Source: Vulcanimicrobiota bacterium (GTDB taxonomy: Bacteria; Vulcanimicrobiota; Vulcanimicrobiia; Vulcanimicrobiales; Vulcanimicrobiaceae). Taken from it: a stretch of DNA of 64,000 nucleotides. This document shows, piece by piece, positions 47,422 through 56,516 of this stretch. How positions within the stretch are numbered: the first letter of the stretch is position 1; each line of letters begins with the position of its first letter. The DNA lies in NCBI GenBank assembly GCA_963733295.1, contig CAVTCS010000003.1:352001-416000 (forward strand). The letters run 5' to 3'. The translations under genes were made by a program, and so were the position numbers. The notes beneath the pieces were generated by a model. The model did no database searches. It saw only the letters and a program-made list of their open reading frames with translations, and was not told the DNA's origin.

Positions 47422-48507
47422 TCAGATCAGGGAGATCGTCTCGGTCTTTTTCGGCAGAGCCGCGAGGCGCTCTTCGAGGGCGCGCGCGAGCAGGTCGCAA
47501 ATCGGATCGTCGACTTCGTCGACGCGCCCGCTGTCGGCCAACTCCATGATCTTGGGCGAAAGCGGGATCCGCGCGAGCACCGGTGCGTTCGCCAGTTCCG
47601 CGACACTGTCCGCGTAGGACGGTCCGAAGATATCGTAGCGCTTGCCGGTGTCGGGCGCGACGAAGTACGACATGTTCTCGATCACGCCGAGGATCGGTTT
47701 CTTCAACTGGTGGATCAGATTCGCGGCCTTGCGCACGATCATCGTCGCGAGCGCTTGCGGCATCGTCACGAGCACCACGCCGTCGACGGCGAGCGACTGC
47801 AGGACCGTCAGCGGAGCGTCCGACGTGCCCGGCGGGAGATCGATCAACAAGACGTCGAGGTCGCTCCACAGCGTCTGCTCGTAGAACTGACGAATCACGC
47901 CCGAAAGGATCGGACCTCGCCAGATCATCGCGGTGTCTTCTTGCGGGGTCAAGAGGTTGGCGCTGACGATTTCGATGGCCGAACGCGAGGCGGCCGGAAC
48001 GAAGAGCGGGCGCGCGCCGGCGCCGTCGGCGGGACCGGCCGGGTCTTTCTCGATGCCAAGCGGCTCGCGCAAGCCGAAAAGACGTGGGATCGAGGGTCCG
48101 GTAATGTCGGCGTCGAGGATTCCGACGCGCCGGTGAAGGCGCCGCAGGCCGACCGCGAGCAGCGCCGTGGTCAGCGATTTGCCCACGCCGCCCTTACCCG
48201 ACATGACCGGTACGACGTACTTGAAGCGGGAACGGCGGTTGAACTCGCCAGGAGCCCGCCTGACCGGCTGCTTGTCCGAATTCATGATCGTCGGCACGCG
48301 GCCCGACAGGCGCGCTTGCGTCAGCGCCGCGAGGATCGGTTCGATTCGGAGGCCGTGCGCCGAGGCTCCTTGTTCGAGCGTCTCGTACTTGTTGACGCCA
48401 CACCCGGCACAGTGGAGGCCGAACTCGGTCAAAACCTCCTCGGCGATCGGCAAAGCGCCGACCAGTTCCCGGATGTTCGTCGAGGGTCGAATTTCGATGG
48501 CCGGCAT
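47422..48507 (-). CDS. mrp: Mrp/NBP35 (ApbC) ATPase with N-terminal DUF1858-like domain
   Basis: SGKGGVGKS, DADITGPS, WRGP, DLPPGTSD, ENMS; N-terminal GLHCAGC...ETLEQG..HG. Confidence 0.88.
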   Translation of the reverse strand: MPAIEIRPSTNIRELVGALPIAEEVLTEFGLHCAGCGVNKYETLEQGASAHGLRIEPILAALTQARLSGRVPTIMNSDKQPVRRAPGEFNRRSRFKYVVPVMSGKGGVGKSLTTALLAVGLRRLHRRVGILDADITGPSIPRLFGLREPLGIEKDPAGPADGAGARPLFVPAASRSAIEIVSANLLTPQEDTAMIWRGPILSGVIRQFYEQTLWSDLDVLLIDLPPGTSDAPLTVLQSLAVDGVVLVTMPQALATMIVRKAANLIHQLKKPILGVIENMSYFVAPDTGKRYDIFGPSYADSVAELANAPVLARIPLSPKIMELADSGRVDEVDDPICDLLARALEERLAALPKKTETISLI

Positions 48508-48571
48508 GTTTGCGAGCTTCGACGTGCAACGCTCCCCGACCTAATCGTCAGCCCGGCGCTTGAGGAAGATC

Positions 48572-48742
48572 ATGAAGGAGAGGTACAATTTCGGCGCCGT
48601 GCTCGCTGCCTATATCGCAATCGGCGTCGTGGCGGCGCTTGCGATACGCTATCTCGTGCTCGGCTCGCCCCACTACAACTGGATCTATCCGCAGAGGACG
48701 CCGCCGGCTCCGCCCTCCGCCGCTGCTTCGAAAGCCGAGTAA
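48572..48742 (+). CDS. Small single-TM protein
   Basis: ATG with GAGG RBS; 56 aa; one hydrophobic helix, Pro-rich tail. Confidence 0.6.
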   Translation: MKERYNFGAVLAAYIAIGVVAALAIRYLVLGSPHYNWIYPQRTPPAPPSAAASKAE

Positions 48743-48773
48743 TCAACCTTTCACGACAAGCGGGAGCGCGCAC

Positions 48774-50081
48774 ATGCTCGAGACGCAAAGCCGCCTGAGG
48801 GCGATTTCCCAAGCTGCCGGAGCGCTCGCGGGTGGGGTCAGTTCGCCGGTGCGCGCCGGCGCGGCGGTGGGCGGGCGGCCGTTCGTTCAACGTTCCGGTC
48901 GCGGCGCTTATGCGTTCGACTCGCAGGGGCGTGCCTACGTCGACTACGTGATGGCCTACGGCCCGCTTCTGTTCGGACACGCGCATCCGGCCTTGGTGAC
49001 GGGTCTCGACGCGCTCGCTGCCGGTGGAAGCGTCTTCGGTTCCACCCACGCCGAGGAAGTGCGTCTCGCGGAGCGCATCGCAGAGGTTTTGCCTTCGATG
49101 CAGACTCTTCGCTTCGTGAGCACGGGCACCGAAGCGATGATGAGCGCGTTTCGCACCGCACGCGCGTTTACCGGACGTCCCGCGATCGTACGTTTCGCCG
49201 GGAACTATCACGGGCATTTCGATGCCGCACTCCACGACGCGGGCGCTTCGGCGCACACGCCGGCTGCCGAATGCAGCGGGATTCCGGCGCGAACTGCGGC
49301 CGATGCGATCGTCGCGCGTTACAACGATCTGGCCGACCTCGACGCAAAGCTCGCGCCGCGTGCGGACGAAGTGGCGGCGATCGCGCTCGAGCCGATCGTC
49401 GCGAATATGGGTCTGGTTCTCCCCGACCCGGGCTTTCTCGCGGGCGTTTTCGAGCGCGCGCGGCGCGCTGGTGCGCTCGTCATCTTCGATGAAGTGATCA
49501 CCTGGCTGCGCCTTGGTCTCGGCGGGGCTCAGGAAATGCTCGGCTTCCGGCCGGATTTGACGGCGCTCGGGAAGGTGATGGGCGGCGGTTTCCCGCTGGC
49601 GGCTTTCGGCGGCCGAAGTGACGTGATGTCGGTGCTTTCGCCGGACGGTGCGAGCTTCGCCGGCGGAACGTTTTCGGGGAATCCGTTTTCCGTCGCACTC
49701 GGGCATCGCGTGCTCGATGCGATCGAGAGCGAGCCGGGATTGTACGAACAGCTCGAATCGCAGGCGCGTCGCTTGGGCGCCGGTACGCGCCGGCTGCTCG
49801 ATTCCTTCGATCTGAACTTTCCGGTGACGCAGTTGGCGAGCATCGTCGACCTGAAGTTCAGGCGCGGTCCGGCTCCGCGCAACTACGACGAGGCTTCGCA
49901 GGCTGACGGCGAACTTTTTGCCGCTTACTATCACGCGATGCGAACGCGCGGCGTTTTGCTGGCGCCCTCGCCGAACGAGGTGATGTTCCTCTCGAGCGAA
50001 CATGGACCGGCCGAAATCGACCGGACGCTGGCTGCGACGGAAGCATCGTTGCGGGAACTTCGCGAACGAGGCCGGCTGTGA
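48774..50081 (+). CDS. hemL: Glutamate-1-semialdehyde 2,1-aminomutase
   Basis: GGVSSPVRA, STGTEA, GNYHGH, IFDEVIT, LGKVMGGG, GTFSGNP. Confidence 0.9.
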   Translation: MLETQSRLRAISQAAGALAGGVSSPVRAGAAVGGRPFVQRSGRGAYAFDSQGRAYVDYVMAYGPLLFGHAHPALVTGLDALAAGGSVFGSTHAEEVRLAERIAEVLPSMQTLRFVSTGTEAMMSAFRTARAFTGRPAIVRFAGNYHGHFDAALHDAGASAHTPAAECSGIPARTAADAIVARYNDLADLDAKLAPRADEVAAIALEPIVANMGLVLPDPGFLAGVFERARRAGALVIFDEVITWLRLGLGGAQEMLGFRPDLTALGKVMGGGFPLAAFGGRSDVMSVLSPDGASFAGGTFSGNPFSVALGHRVLDAIESEPGLYEQLESQARRLGAGTRRLLDSFDLNFPVTQLASIVDLKFRRGPAPRNYDEASQADGELFAAYYHAMRTRGVLLAPSPNEVMFLSSEHGPAEIDRTLAATEASLRELRERGRL

Positions 50082-50183
50082 TCGAGAACCTTCGAACGAT
50101 GAAAGATCGATCACACTCACGGCAGTGTGGCAGGCCGGGCAAACCGGCGCTCGGGAATGCGCTTTCCGAAAGGCGGGAGAGTC

Positions 50184-51974
50184 GTGAGGATTTTCGGACG
50201 CGCGCTTTTGGCATTGAGCCTGTGTGCGACGTTCGCTGCCTGTTCGGGTGGCGGGGGTTCAAAACAGGCGCCGAGCGGCGGCGCGACGCCGAGTCCGACG
50301 CCTGCGGGGCAGACCCCGAGTCCGGCTCCGTCCGGCGGTGCGCCGACGCCGACACCGCACGCAACGGGTCCGACTGCGAGCCCATCGCCGATTCCAAGCA
50401 TCACCCCGACGCCTGCTCCCACTCCCGCAGCAACCAACGGTCCCGCCCTCGCCGTCGACGCGAGCGCTTCACGCCACGCGATCAGCCCGGACATCTACGG
50501 CGTCTCGATCTTCTGGAGCTCGAGCACGCCGTCCGATCTCGTCGCGTTCGCGAAAGCGATCGGCTTGCCGGCGAACCGTTACGGCGGCGACGCGACGACG
50601 CGCTACAATTGGAACGTCGATTCGTCCAACGCCGGCAGCGACTGGTATTTCATGGGGGGCAACGGCCAATCGAGCGTGACTCCCGGCGCGTCCGTGGACA
50701 CGATCGTGGACGGCAACAAGGTCAACGGAACCAAATCGATCGTCACGATTCCGATCATCGATTACATCAACGCAGCGTACGCTTGGAATTGCAGCTACCC
50801 CGATCCGCCGGTCGGCAATCAGGTCGGCATCAACGGTAACCCGGCCTACAATCCGTACGTTCACCTCGCGAACGGTGCGGCTTGCGGCAGCGGTAGCAAC
50901 TCCGCGGGCTACATCGCCGATTCGAACCCGGGAGCGACCGACATTCCCAACACCCCCGCAATCCAGCAGGCCTGGGTCGCGCACTTCGTTGCGAAATACG
51001 GGCAGGGAGCGCACGGCGGCGTACCGATTTACGAGCTCGACAACGAGCCCAACGGCTGGATCGCAGTGCATCACGACGTGCGTCCGCAGAACGTCGGTTA
51101 CACCGAGCTCTTCAACAAGTCGCTGGCGATGGCCAAAGCGATCAAAGCCGCAGATCCGACGGCGCTCGTCCTCGGGCCCGACGACATTCCGCCGGCCGAC
51201 GAAAACTGCAACAGCGGCGAACCGAGCGGAGTGCCCGGCACGTGCAATACGGACAGCGCCGCTCAGCACGGTGGTACGGCGCTCGGCCTGTGGTATCTGC
51301 AACAGTTCGCTGCGCAGGGGACGCGCTATCTCGACTACTACGCCATGCACTATCCGGGCGCGTGCTGCTTTAGCACGAACGGAACGCTGGCGGACATGGT
51401 TACTGCGATCCAACGGCACAAGGGCTGGATTGCGTCAGCCTATCCGGGAACGAAGCTTGCGTACGACGAGTGGAATCGCGGAACCGGTAACGGTTACGCC
51501 AACGCGCTCGCGACGGCCGACGGGCTCGGAGTGTTCGGGCAGCAGGCCGTCGACCTCGCCAGCTTCTGGGGGCTGAGCGATGCGACGTACCCGAGCGCGT
51601 TTGCTTTCCTGATGTACCGCAACTACGACGGGAGCGGCTCCGCCTTCGGCGACACGTCGGTCTCGGCGACGAGCGCGGATGCGACGCGGTTAACGATCTA
51701 TGCTGCGCAACGCACCGCCGATTCCGCGCTCACGATTCTCGTGGTGAACAGCGCGAGCAGCACCCAGACGAGCACCTTGACGCTTTCTGACATTACGGTG
51801 CGACAGCCGGTTAACGTCTACCAGTACACCTCCGGCAACGCGAGCAACATCGTGGAGCTGCCCGCACTCGCCCCGGCCGCCGCCCTCACCGTCGCATACC
51901 CAGCGCAATCCCTGACCATGCTCGTCGTTCCCTCGGGGACGACGCCGCTCGCGCACCCGCGAGCCCGGCGCTGA
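50184..51974 (+). CDS. GH44-like endoglucanase lipoprotein with Pro/Thr linker
   Basis: Lipobox FAAC; TP repeats; ISPDIYG, RYGGDATTRYNW, LDNEP, DEWN, YRNYDG..FGD. Confidence 0.85.
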   Translation: MRIFGRALLALSLCATFAACSGGGGSKQAPSGGATPSPTPAGQTPSPAPSGGAPTPTPHATGPTASPSPIPSITPTPAPTPAATNGPALAVDASASRHAISPDIYGVSIFWSSSTPSDLVAFAKAIGLPANRYGGDATTRYNWNVDSSNAGSDWYFMGGNGQSSVTPGASVDTIVDGNKVNGTKSIVTIPIIDYINAAYAWNCSYPDPPVGNQVGINGNPAYNPYVHLANGAACGSGSNSAGYIADSNPGATDIPNTPAIQQAWVAHFVAKYGQGAHGGVPIYELDNEPNGWIAVHHDVRPQNVGYTELFNKSLAMAKAIKAADPTALVLGPDDIPPADENCNSGEPSGVPGTCNTDSAAQHGGTALGLWYLQQFAAQGTRYLDYYAMHYPGACCFSTNGTLADMVTAIQRHKGWIASAYPGTKLAYDEWNRGTGNGYANALATADGLGVFGQQAVDLASFWGLSDATYPSAFAFLMYRNYDGSGSAFGDTSVSATSADATRLTIYAAQRTADSALTILVVNSASSTQTSTLTLSDITVRQPVNVYQYTSGNASNIVELPALAPAAALTVAYPAQSLTMLVVPSGTTPLAHPRARR

Positions 51975-52070
51975 GGCCGCGCCGGCCGGCGTCACGCTCT
52001 TGCGAAAAGCCTTATCCCCGGCACCTCACCCACCGATAAGCGTAGTGACGTTATCGAAAGAGGCTCTCTG

Positions 52071-52268
52071 GTGTCGGACGCTTTTCTCTGTTTGAAGTGT
52101 AATGGTTTAGCCCACAAAGGTTGGAATCCGGCGGGCGTCGCGCGAGTGAAATGTGAGAGGTGCGGGGCGAATTGCGCCACCGGTCTCTTCTCCGGTTTTT
52201 CGAAGCACTTCAAACCGGCGCGCGATCCTGCGAACCGTCGAAGCGGCCTCGACCACCATCGCGGCTAG
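52071..52268 (+). CDS. Small zinc-ribbon-like protein
   Basis: GTG with AAAGAGG RBS; CLKC-x17-CERC; stop 2 nt from the ilvE stop. Confidence 0.55.
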   Translation: MSDAFLCLKCNGLAHKGWNPAGVARVKCERCGANCATGLFSGFSKHFKPARDPANRRSGLDHHRG

Positions 52269-52270
52269 CG

Positions 52271-53221
52271 CTAGACGAGGGCATCCTGCCGGACGAGCGT
52301 GACCCAATCGCCGTGCCGCGGATCTTCGCCCGCGACCGCGCGGGCATAGGCGTCGCGCAGCCGCGACGTTACGGGGCGATTCGCCGGGAACTCGTGTTCG
52401 TCGAGACACGCCAGCGGCGTGACTTCGACTGCGGTTCCGGTGAAGAAGACTTCATCGGCCCCGCAGACGTCATCGATCGAAAGAGCGCCCACTTCGAGCG
52501 GGATGCCGAGATCGGCGCAAAGTTCGATGACGCTGGCGCGTGTGATCCCATGCAGGATGTCGGCCGACTGGTCGTTCGTGCGAACCCGTCCGTTCTTGAC
52601 CACGAAGACGTTTTCGCCGGTCCCCTCAGCGACGTCGCCCCGGTCGTTCAGCAGAAGAGCTTCGTCGAAACCGCGCGCTACCGCATCCTGCATCGCGAGC
52701 ACGGAGTTCGCATAATGACCCGTGGCTTTGACGGTTGAGGGAAGTGCCTTGGAAGAGAACTTGCGCCACGGCGAGAGCGTGACCCGGATTCCGTCTTGCT
52801 GGCCCGCGCCGAAATAGTCGCCGAGGACGCGCAGCGCAAACAGGACGTGCGTTGGGCAGGAGAAGCTCGGCGCCAGCGAGATCGTTTTCTCGCCAAAGAA
52901 TGCGAGCGGCCGGATGTAGGCCGACTCGATCTCGTTTCGGCGGACGAGCTCGACGGCGGCCTCGCACAGGCTGGCGGCGTCGTACGGAATCGACAGCGAA
53001 TAGATGGAGGCCGAGCATAAGAATCGCTCCATGTGCTCTTGCAGACGGAAGATCGCCGGACCGCGCGGAGTCGCGTAGGCACGAATCCCTTCGAAGACGC
53101 CCGAACCATAGTGGAGGCCGTGCGCGAAGGCGTGCACCGTGACTTCTTCCTTGAGTTTGATCTCGCCGTCGAACCAATAGTACGGCGCGATATCCATGTG
53201 CTTGAGGGATCCGGCGGACAT
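52271..53221 (-). CDS. ilvE: Branched-chain amino acid aminotransferase
   Basis: GLHYGSGVFEGIRAY, YIRPL, KATGHYANS, EGTGEN, GITR, TGTAVE; RBS AAGGAG. Confidence 0.95.
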   Translation of the reverse strand: MSAGSLKHMDIAPYYWFDGEIKLKEEVTVHAFAHGLHYGSGVFEGIRAYATPRGPAIFRLQEHMERFLCSASIYSLSIPYDAASLCEAAVELVRRNEIESAYIRPLAFFGEKTISLAPSFSCPTHVLFALRVLGDYFGAGQQDGIRVTLSPWRKFSSKALPSTVKATGHYANSVLAMQDAVARGFDEALLLNDRGDVAEGTGENVFVVKNGRVRTNDQSADILHGITRASVIELCADLGIPLEVGALSIDDVCGADEVFFTGTAVEVTPLACLDEHEFPANRPVTSRLRDAYARAVAGEDPRHGDWVTLVRQDALV

Positions 53222-53234
53222 GTTGCTCCTTGAG

Positions 53235-53268
53235 AAAAAATCGACCCCGCCGGGCCGGCGGGGTCGAT
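53235..53268 (-). terminator. Attenuator terminator upstream of ilvE
   Basis: 13-bp stem ATCGACCCCGCCG/CGGCGGGGTCGAT followed by a U-tract, 13 nt before the ATG. Confidence 0.9.
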
Positions 53269-53292
53269 CGTCAGGTCGTAATCCGTGTAGCG

Positions 53293-53367
53293 CTATGACG
53301 AACGATGCCGAGCCCGGAGGGTCGGGAAAATGAGGAGTCCGAGTACCAGGCGAGTGCGGCGGTTCAT
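53293..53367 (-). CDS. Leader peptide of ilvE attenuator
   Basis: MNRRTRLVLGLLIFPTLRARHRSS*, Leu/Val/Ile cluster immediately upstream of the terminator. Confidence 0.8.
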   Translation of the reverse strand: MNRRTRLVLGLLIFPTLRARHRSS

Positions 53368-53384
53368 CGTGAGGCTAGACGCTA

Positions 53385-53558
53385 TCACGCGTCGCGCGTG
53401 TCAGTCAAGCGGCGTGCCGTCTGCGCGCCCTCGGTGTGAGCGGTCAGCCGGAAGGCCGCGACGAGCGCCACGGCGAGTGCGAGCGCGCTCAAGACGGTCA
53501 ACGCGATCACTCCGTTGCAGCCGAGCCAGGTCCCCTGGGCGCGAAACTCGCTGCCCAT
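53385..53558 (-). CDS. Small single-TM protein (below ORF-track cutoff)
   Basis: MGSEFRAQGTWLGCNGVIALTVLSALALAVALVAAFRL..., 57 aa. Confidence 0.5.
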   Translation of the reverse strand: MGSEFRAQGTWLGCNGVIALTVLSALALAVALVAAFRLTAHTEGAQTARRLTDTRDA

Positions 53559-53653
53559 CAGCTACAGAACTTGCTGTCGAAGGTCAAGTGCTAAACCTCC
53601 CCGGTCGGGCGAGCGTCGAGGATGGTTCTTCTGCCGGCCTTTCCAGGCTCCCG

Positions 53654-54076
53654 TCAGGCGACGTTGAGCTTGTGCAGATACCGGCCGACGACGACTGCCG
53701 TGCCCTTCCCGGGAACGCTTTGTACGGCAAAGATGTCGGAGCAGCGGCGCATCATCGGCAGGCCGCGGCCCCGCTCGGCCGAGACTTCCGGCAGCTCTGG
53801 AAAGGCCGGCGGCTCGCCCGGAAAGCCGACCCCGTCGTCGCGGACGGTCGCGATGATCCGCTCGGGACCGACCCGGCATGCTATCTCGATCGGTTTGGCA
53901 GCCCGGGCGTGCTCGATGGCGTTGGCCAGAGCTTCCCCGAGCGCGATCAAGAAGTGCCCGAGATCATCCTCGGGTACGCCGTGCGCCCGGCCGAACTCGG
54001 CGACGCCTTCCCGAACGACTCGAGCGAGGCGGGGATGGGGAGGGATTCTGAAATCGAGCGCGGCTTCCGTGGGCAT
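53654..54076 (-). CDS. RsbW-like anti-sigma/Ser kinase (HATPase_c_2)
   Basis: EALANAIEHA, VRDDGVGF, AERGRGL. Confidence 0.86.
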   Translation of the reverse strand: MPTEAALDFRIPPHPRLARVVREGVAEFGRAHGVPEDDLGHFLIALGEALANAIEHARAAKPIEIACRVGPERIIATVRDDGVGFPGEPPAFPELPEVSAERGRGLPMMRRCSDIFAVQSVPGKGTAVVVGRYLHKLNVA

Positions 54077-54092
54077 GGTGTACCTGGGAAAC

Positions 54093-54119
54093 GTTCCCGC
54101 CGCGCAATCCTCCTAAACC
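54093..54119 (-). promoter_or_regulatory. SigB/SigF-type promoter
   Basis: GGTTT-N16-GGGAAC, 16 nt before ATG 54076. Confidence 0.62.
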
Positions 54120-54149
54120 GGACGAGCTCTTCCTCTATATGACTCTGTG

Positions 54150-54428
54150 ATGCGCGCCAAGTCGCGCTGCGTGGTCTACGTCCTCCGCTGCCGGGACGGC
54201 TCGCTCTACGTCGGTTGGACGAACGATCTCGAAAAACGTCTCGCTGCCCACCGCGACGGAGGCGGCTCGCGCTACGTTCGCTCGCGTCTCCCCTTCACGC
54301 TAGAGGCAAGCTGGCCGGCTTCCGATCGAAGCGCAGCCCTGCGCGAGGAAGCGCGTTTCCGGCGGCTCCGCCGGTCCCGGAAGCTAGCCGAACTCGCAGG
54401 GCGGGCGAAACCGAAGAAGCCAATCTAG
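54150..54428 (+). CDS. GIY-YIG nuclease (UPF0213/YhbQ-like)
   Basis: VYVLRCRDGSLYVGWTNDLEKRL..H..G.GSRY. Confidence 0.88.
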   Translation: MRAKSRCVVYVLRCRDGSLYVGWTNDLEKRLAAHRDGGGSRYVRSRLPFTLEASWPASDRSAALREEARFRRLRRSRKLAELAGRAKPKKPI

Positions 54429-54433
54429 AGCGC

Positions 54434-54931
54434 ATGGCATCACACTCCGCCCCTACCGGATCCGAACTGGACACGCTTGCCGCCGAAGCCGAAACCGTGC
54501 AAGCGCGCATCAAAACCAAAAAGGGCGACATCGTCTTTTCGTTTTATCCGAACGAAGCGCGGCAACACAGTGCCGCCTTCATCAAACTCGCGCGCGAAGG
54601 CTTCTATGACGGCCTGAAGTTCCACCGCGTCGAGCCCGGCTTCGTCATCCAAGGCGGGTGCCCGCAAGGCACCGGCACCGGTGGGCCCGGTTACAACCTC
54701 GACGCCGAGTTCAGTTCGCTCCCGCACGTCAAAGGCACGGTCGCGATGGCGCGTGCGACAAGCCCGAACTCAGCCGGTTCGCAGTTCTACATCTGCCTCG
54801 GCGATGCGCGCTTTCTCGACAAACAGTACACCGTCTTCGGCCAAACGACCGCCGGTCAAGACGTGGTCGACGCCGTTCGCATCGGTGACGTCATGGAGAA
54901 AGTCACGATCGAACCAAAGTCCGCCGGCTAG
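54434..54931 (+). CDS. Cyclophilin-type peptidyl-prolyl isomerase
   Basis: FYDGLKFHRV..FVIQGG, AMAR, SAGSQFYI, YTVFG. Confidence 0.95.
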   Translation: MASHSAPTGSELDTLAAEAETVQARIKTKKGDIVFSFYPNEARQHSAAFIKLAREGFYDGLKFHRVEPGFVIQGGCPQGTGTGGPGYNLDAEFSSLPHVKGTVAMARATSPNSAGSQFYICLGDARFLDKQYTVFGQTTAGQDVVDAVRIGDVMEKVTIEPKSAG

Positions 54932-55797
54932 TTCTGCGGGTAGAACGTCGAGTGGACGGAGTGGGCGATGTTGCGAATTGCGATGACGCCCACGGAGAAG
55001 TCGTTGAGGTCTTTGGTGTAGACCGCGAGGACGTACGGCGTGTCGCCGAAGGGGTCGACGATCGCCACATCGTTGCGGACGCCGTCGATTTCGCCGGTCT
55101 TGTTGGCGAGCGGGATGCCTTTGGGAAGACCGCGCGCGATCTTGTCGCGGTCCTCTTGTTTGAGCATGATGTCGATCATTTCGCGGCACGACTTGGGCGA
55201 GGCGACCGTATAAAGCGCTTCGCGCGAACCGCGTTCGATGAGATACAGCAGGGTGCCCATGTCGTGGGCGGTCGTGAGATTGTTGCTATGATGGACGATC
55301 GCGGTGTAGTCGAGGAAGTGCCGTTTGAGTTGCGTGCGGGTGAGGCCGGCCCGCTGCGCCGTCGCATTGATGCGATCGAAGCCGAGCAGGCTGATGAGCG
55401 CGTTCGAAGCGGTGTTGTCGCTTTGATCGATCATCGCGCGCGCTAAGGTCGAAACGCGGATGCGGTCGCCGGGATTGGCGCTCTCGAGAACGTCCGAACC
55501 GCCCACGAAATCGGAGCTCTGCAGACGGACGGTGCTCTCCAGCAAGCCCGGCGACTTTTCCGCTGCCTGATAAAGCGACACGAGAATCAGAACTTTGATC
55601 GTCGACGCGGCTGGGAAAACGACGTTCGCGTTGTACGCGATCGGCGCGCCGGGGCCCATCCTTCGCGCGAAGACGCCGACCTCACCGGTCGACTCGGCGG
55701 CGGCGCTCGCGATCTGCGAATCCACGTTGCCGGCCCGGACCGCCAGCGGCGCGAGACTCGATGCCAGGGTTCCGCCGACGAACGCGCTCCGATTCAC
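54928..55797 (-). CDS. Class A beta-lactamase-fold serine hydrolase
   Basis: STIK, SDN, KTG motifs; Tat-like NRSAF signal. Confidence 0.86.
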   Translation of the reverse strand: MNRSAFVGGTLASSLAPLAVRAGNVDSQIASAAAESTGEVGVFARRMGPGAPIAYNANVVFPAASTIKVLILVSLYQAAEKSPGLLESTVRLQSSDFVGGSDVLESANPGDRIRVSTLARAMIDQSDNTASNALISLLGFDRINATAQRAGLTRTQLKRHFLDYTAIVHHSNNLTTAHDMGTLLYLIERGSREALYTVASPKSCREMIDIMLKQEDRDKIARGLPKGIPLANKTGEIDGVRNDVAIVDPFGDTPYVLAVYTKDLNDFSVGVIAIRNIAHSVHSTFYPQN

Positions 55798-55853
55798 TGC
55801 TCGCCACAGCTACGGACGAGGAGCCCGCATCTCCTCGCGCGCATCGGCCAAAT

Positions 55854-56516
55854 GTGAGCGGAAATGTCGGCCCAGGCGTTCTTCTGTTCTTTGCGTTGGC
55901 TGCGTCCGGGCCGGTGAGAGCGCAAGAGGCGCAACCGCTTGCGGGCGAAACGTTCGTCGTCGACCCCGGGCACGGCGTGCGCTACCCGGACGGTAGTCCG
56001 CTGAACGTCGGCGCGGTCGGACCGGACGGCGTGCAAGAGGCGAAGGTTGCGCTCGCGGTCGGAGAAGATCTCGCGCACTTGTTGCGCGTCTCGGGAGCAA
56101 GCGTGGTCCTTACGCGTTCCTACGCGCAACCGTACCGGACGGGGACGGTCATTCGCGTCGATAACCGCGCGCGAGCGGCGCTCGCCAACCGTCTCGGCGC
56201 GACCGCGTTCGTCGCCATTCACGCCGATGCGTCGCTCGATCCCGGCTCCCGCGGAACGAGCGTCTTCTGGTTACGCTCGAACTCCCTCGCCCTCGCGAAA
56301 GCAATGCGCGCCGAGCTGGCGCCCCTGGGACTCGGCGAGTCGCAGTTTCGCGTGCGCGACCTCGCCGTTACCAGCGAGGCGACCGTCCCGGCCGTCCTCG
56401 TCGAGTTGGGTTTCATTTCGAATCCCGGGCAGGAGCGGCTCCTCGCGACGGCCTCGTTTCAGCAGCGGGAAGCGCGAGCGCTGTATGCGGCGATCCTGCG
56501 GACGTTCGCCAAGTGA
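55854..56516 (+). CDS. N-acetylmuramoyl-L-alanine amidase (Amidase_3)
   Basis: DPGHG, VVLTR, IHADA, PAVLVELGFISN; start approximate. Confidence 0.9.
   Translation: MSGNVGPGVLLFFALAASGPVRAQEAQPLAGETFVVDPGHGVRYPDGSPLNVGAVGPDGVQEAKVALAVGEDLAHLLRVSGASVVLTRSYAQPYRTGTVIRVDNRARAALANRLGATAFVAIHADASLDPGSRGTSVFWLRSNSLALAKAMRAELAPLGLGESQFRVRDLAVTSEATVPAVLVELGFISNPGQERLLATASFQQREARALYAAILRTFAK

Noticed and set aside
54150..54428. GIY-YIG as homing endonuclease
   Set aside because: Short stand-alone UPF0213 type with no intron context
54928..55797. Antibiotic-resistance beta-lactamase (also 62855-63712)
   Set aside because: Fold motifs only; no recognisable ExxLN omega-loop motif; such proteins are commonly peptidases or esterases
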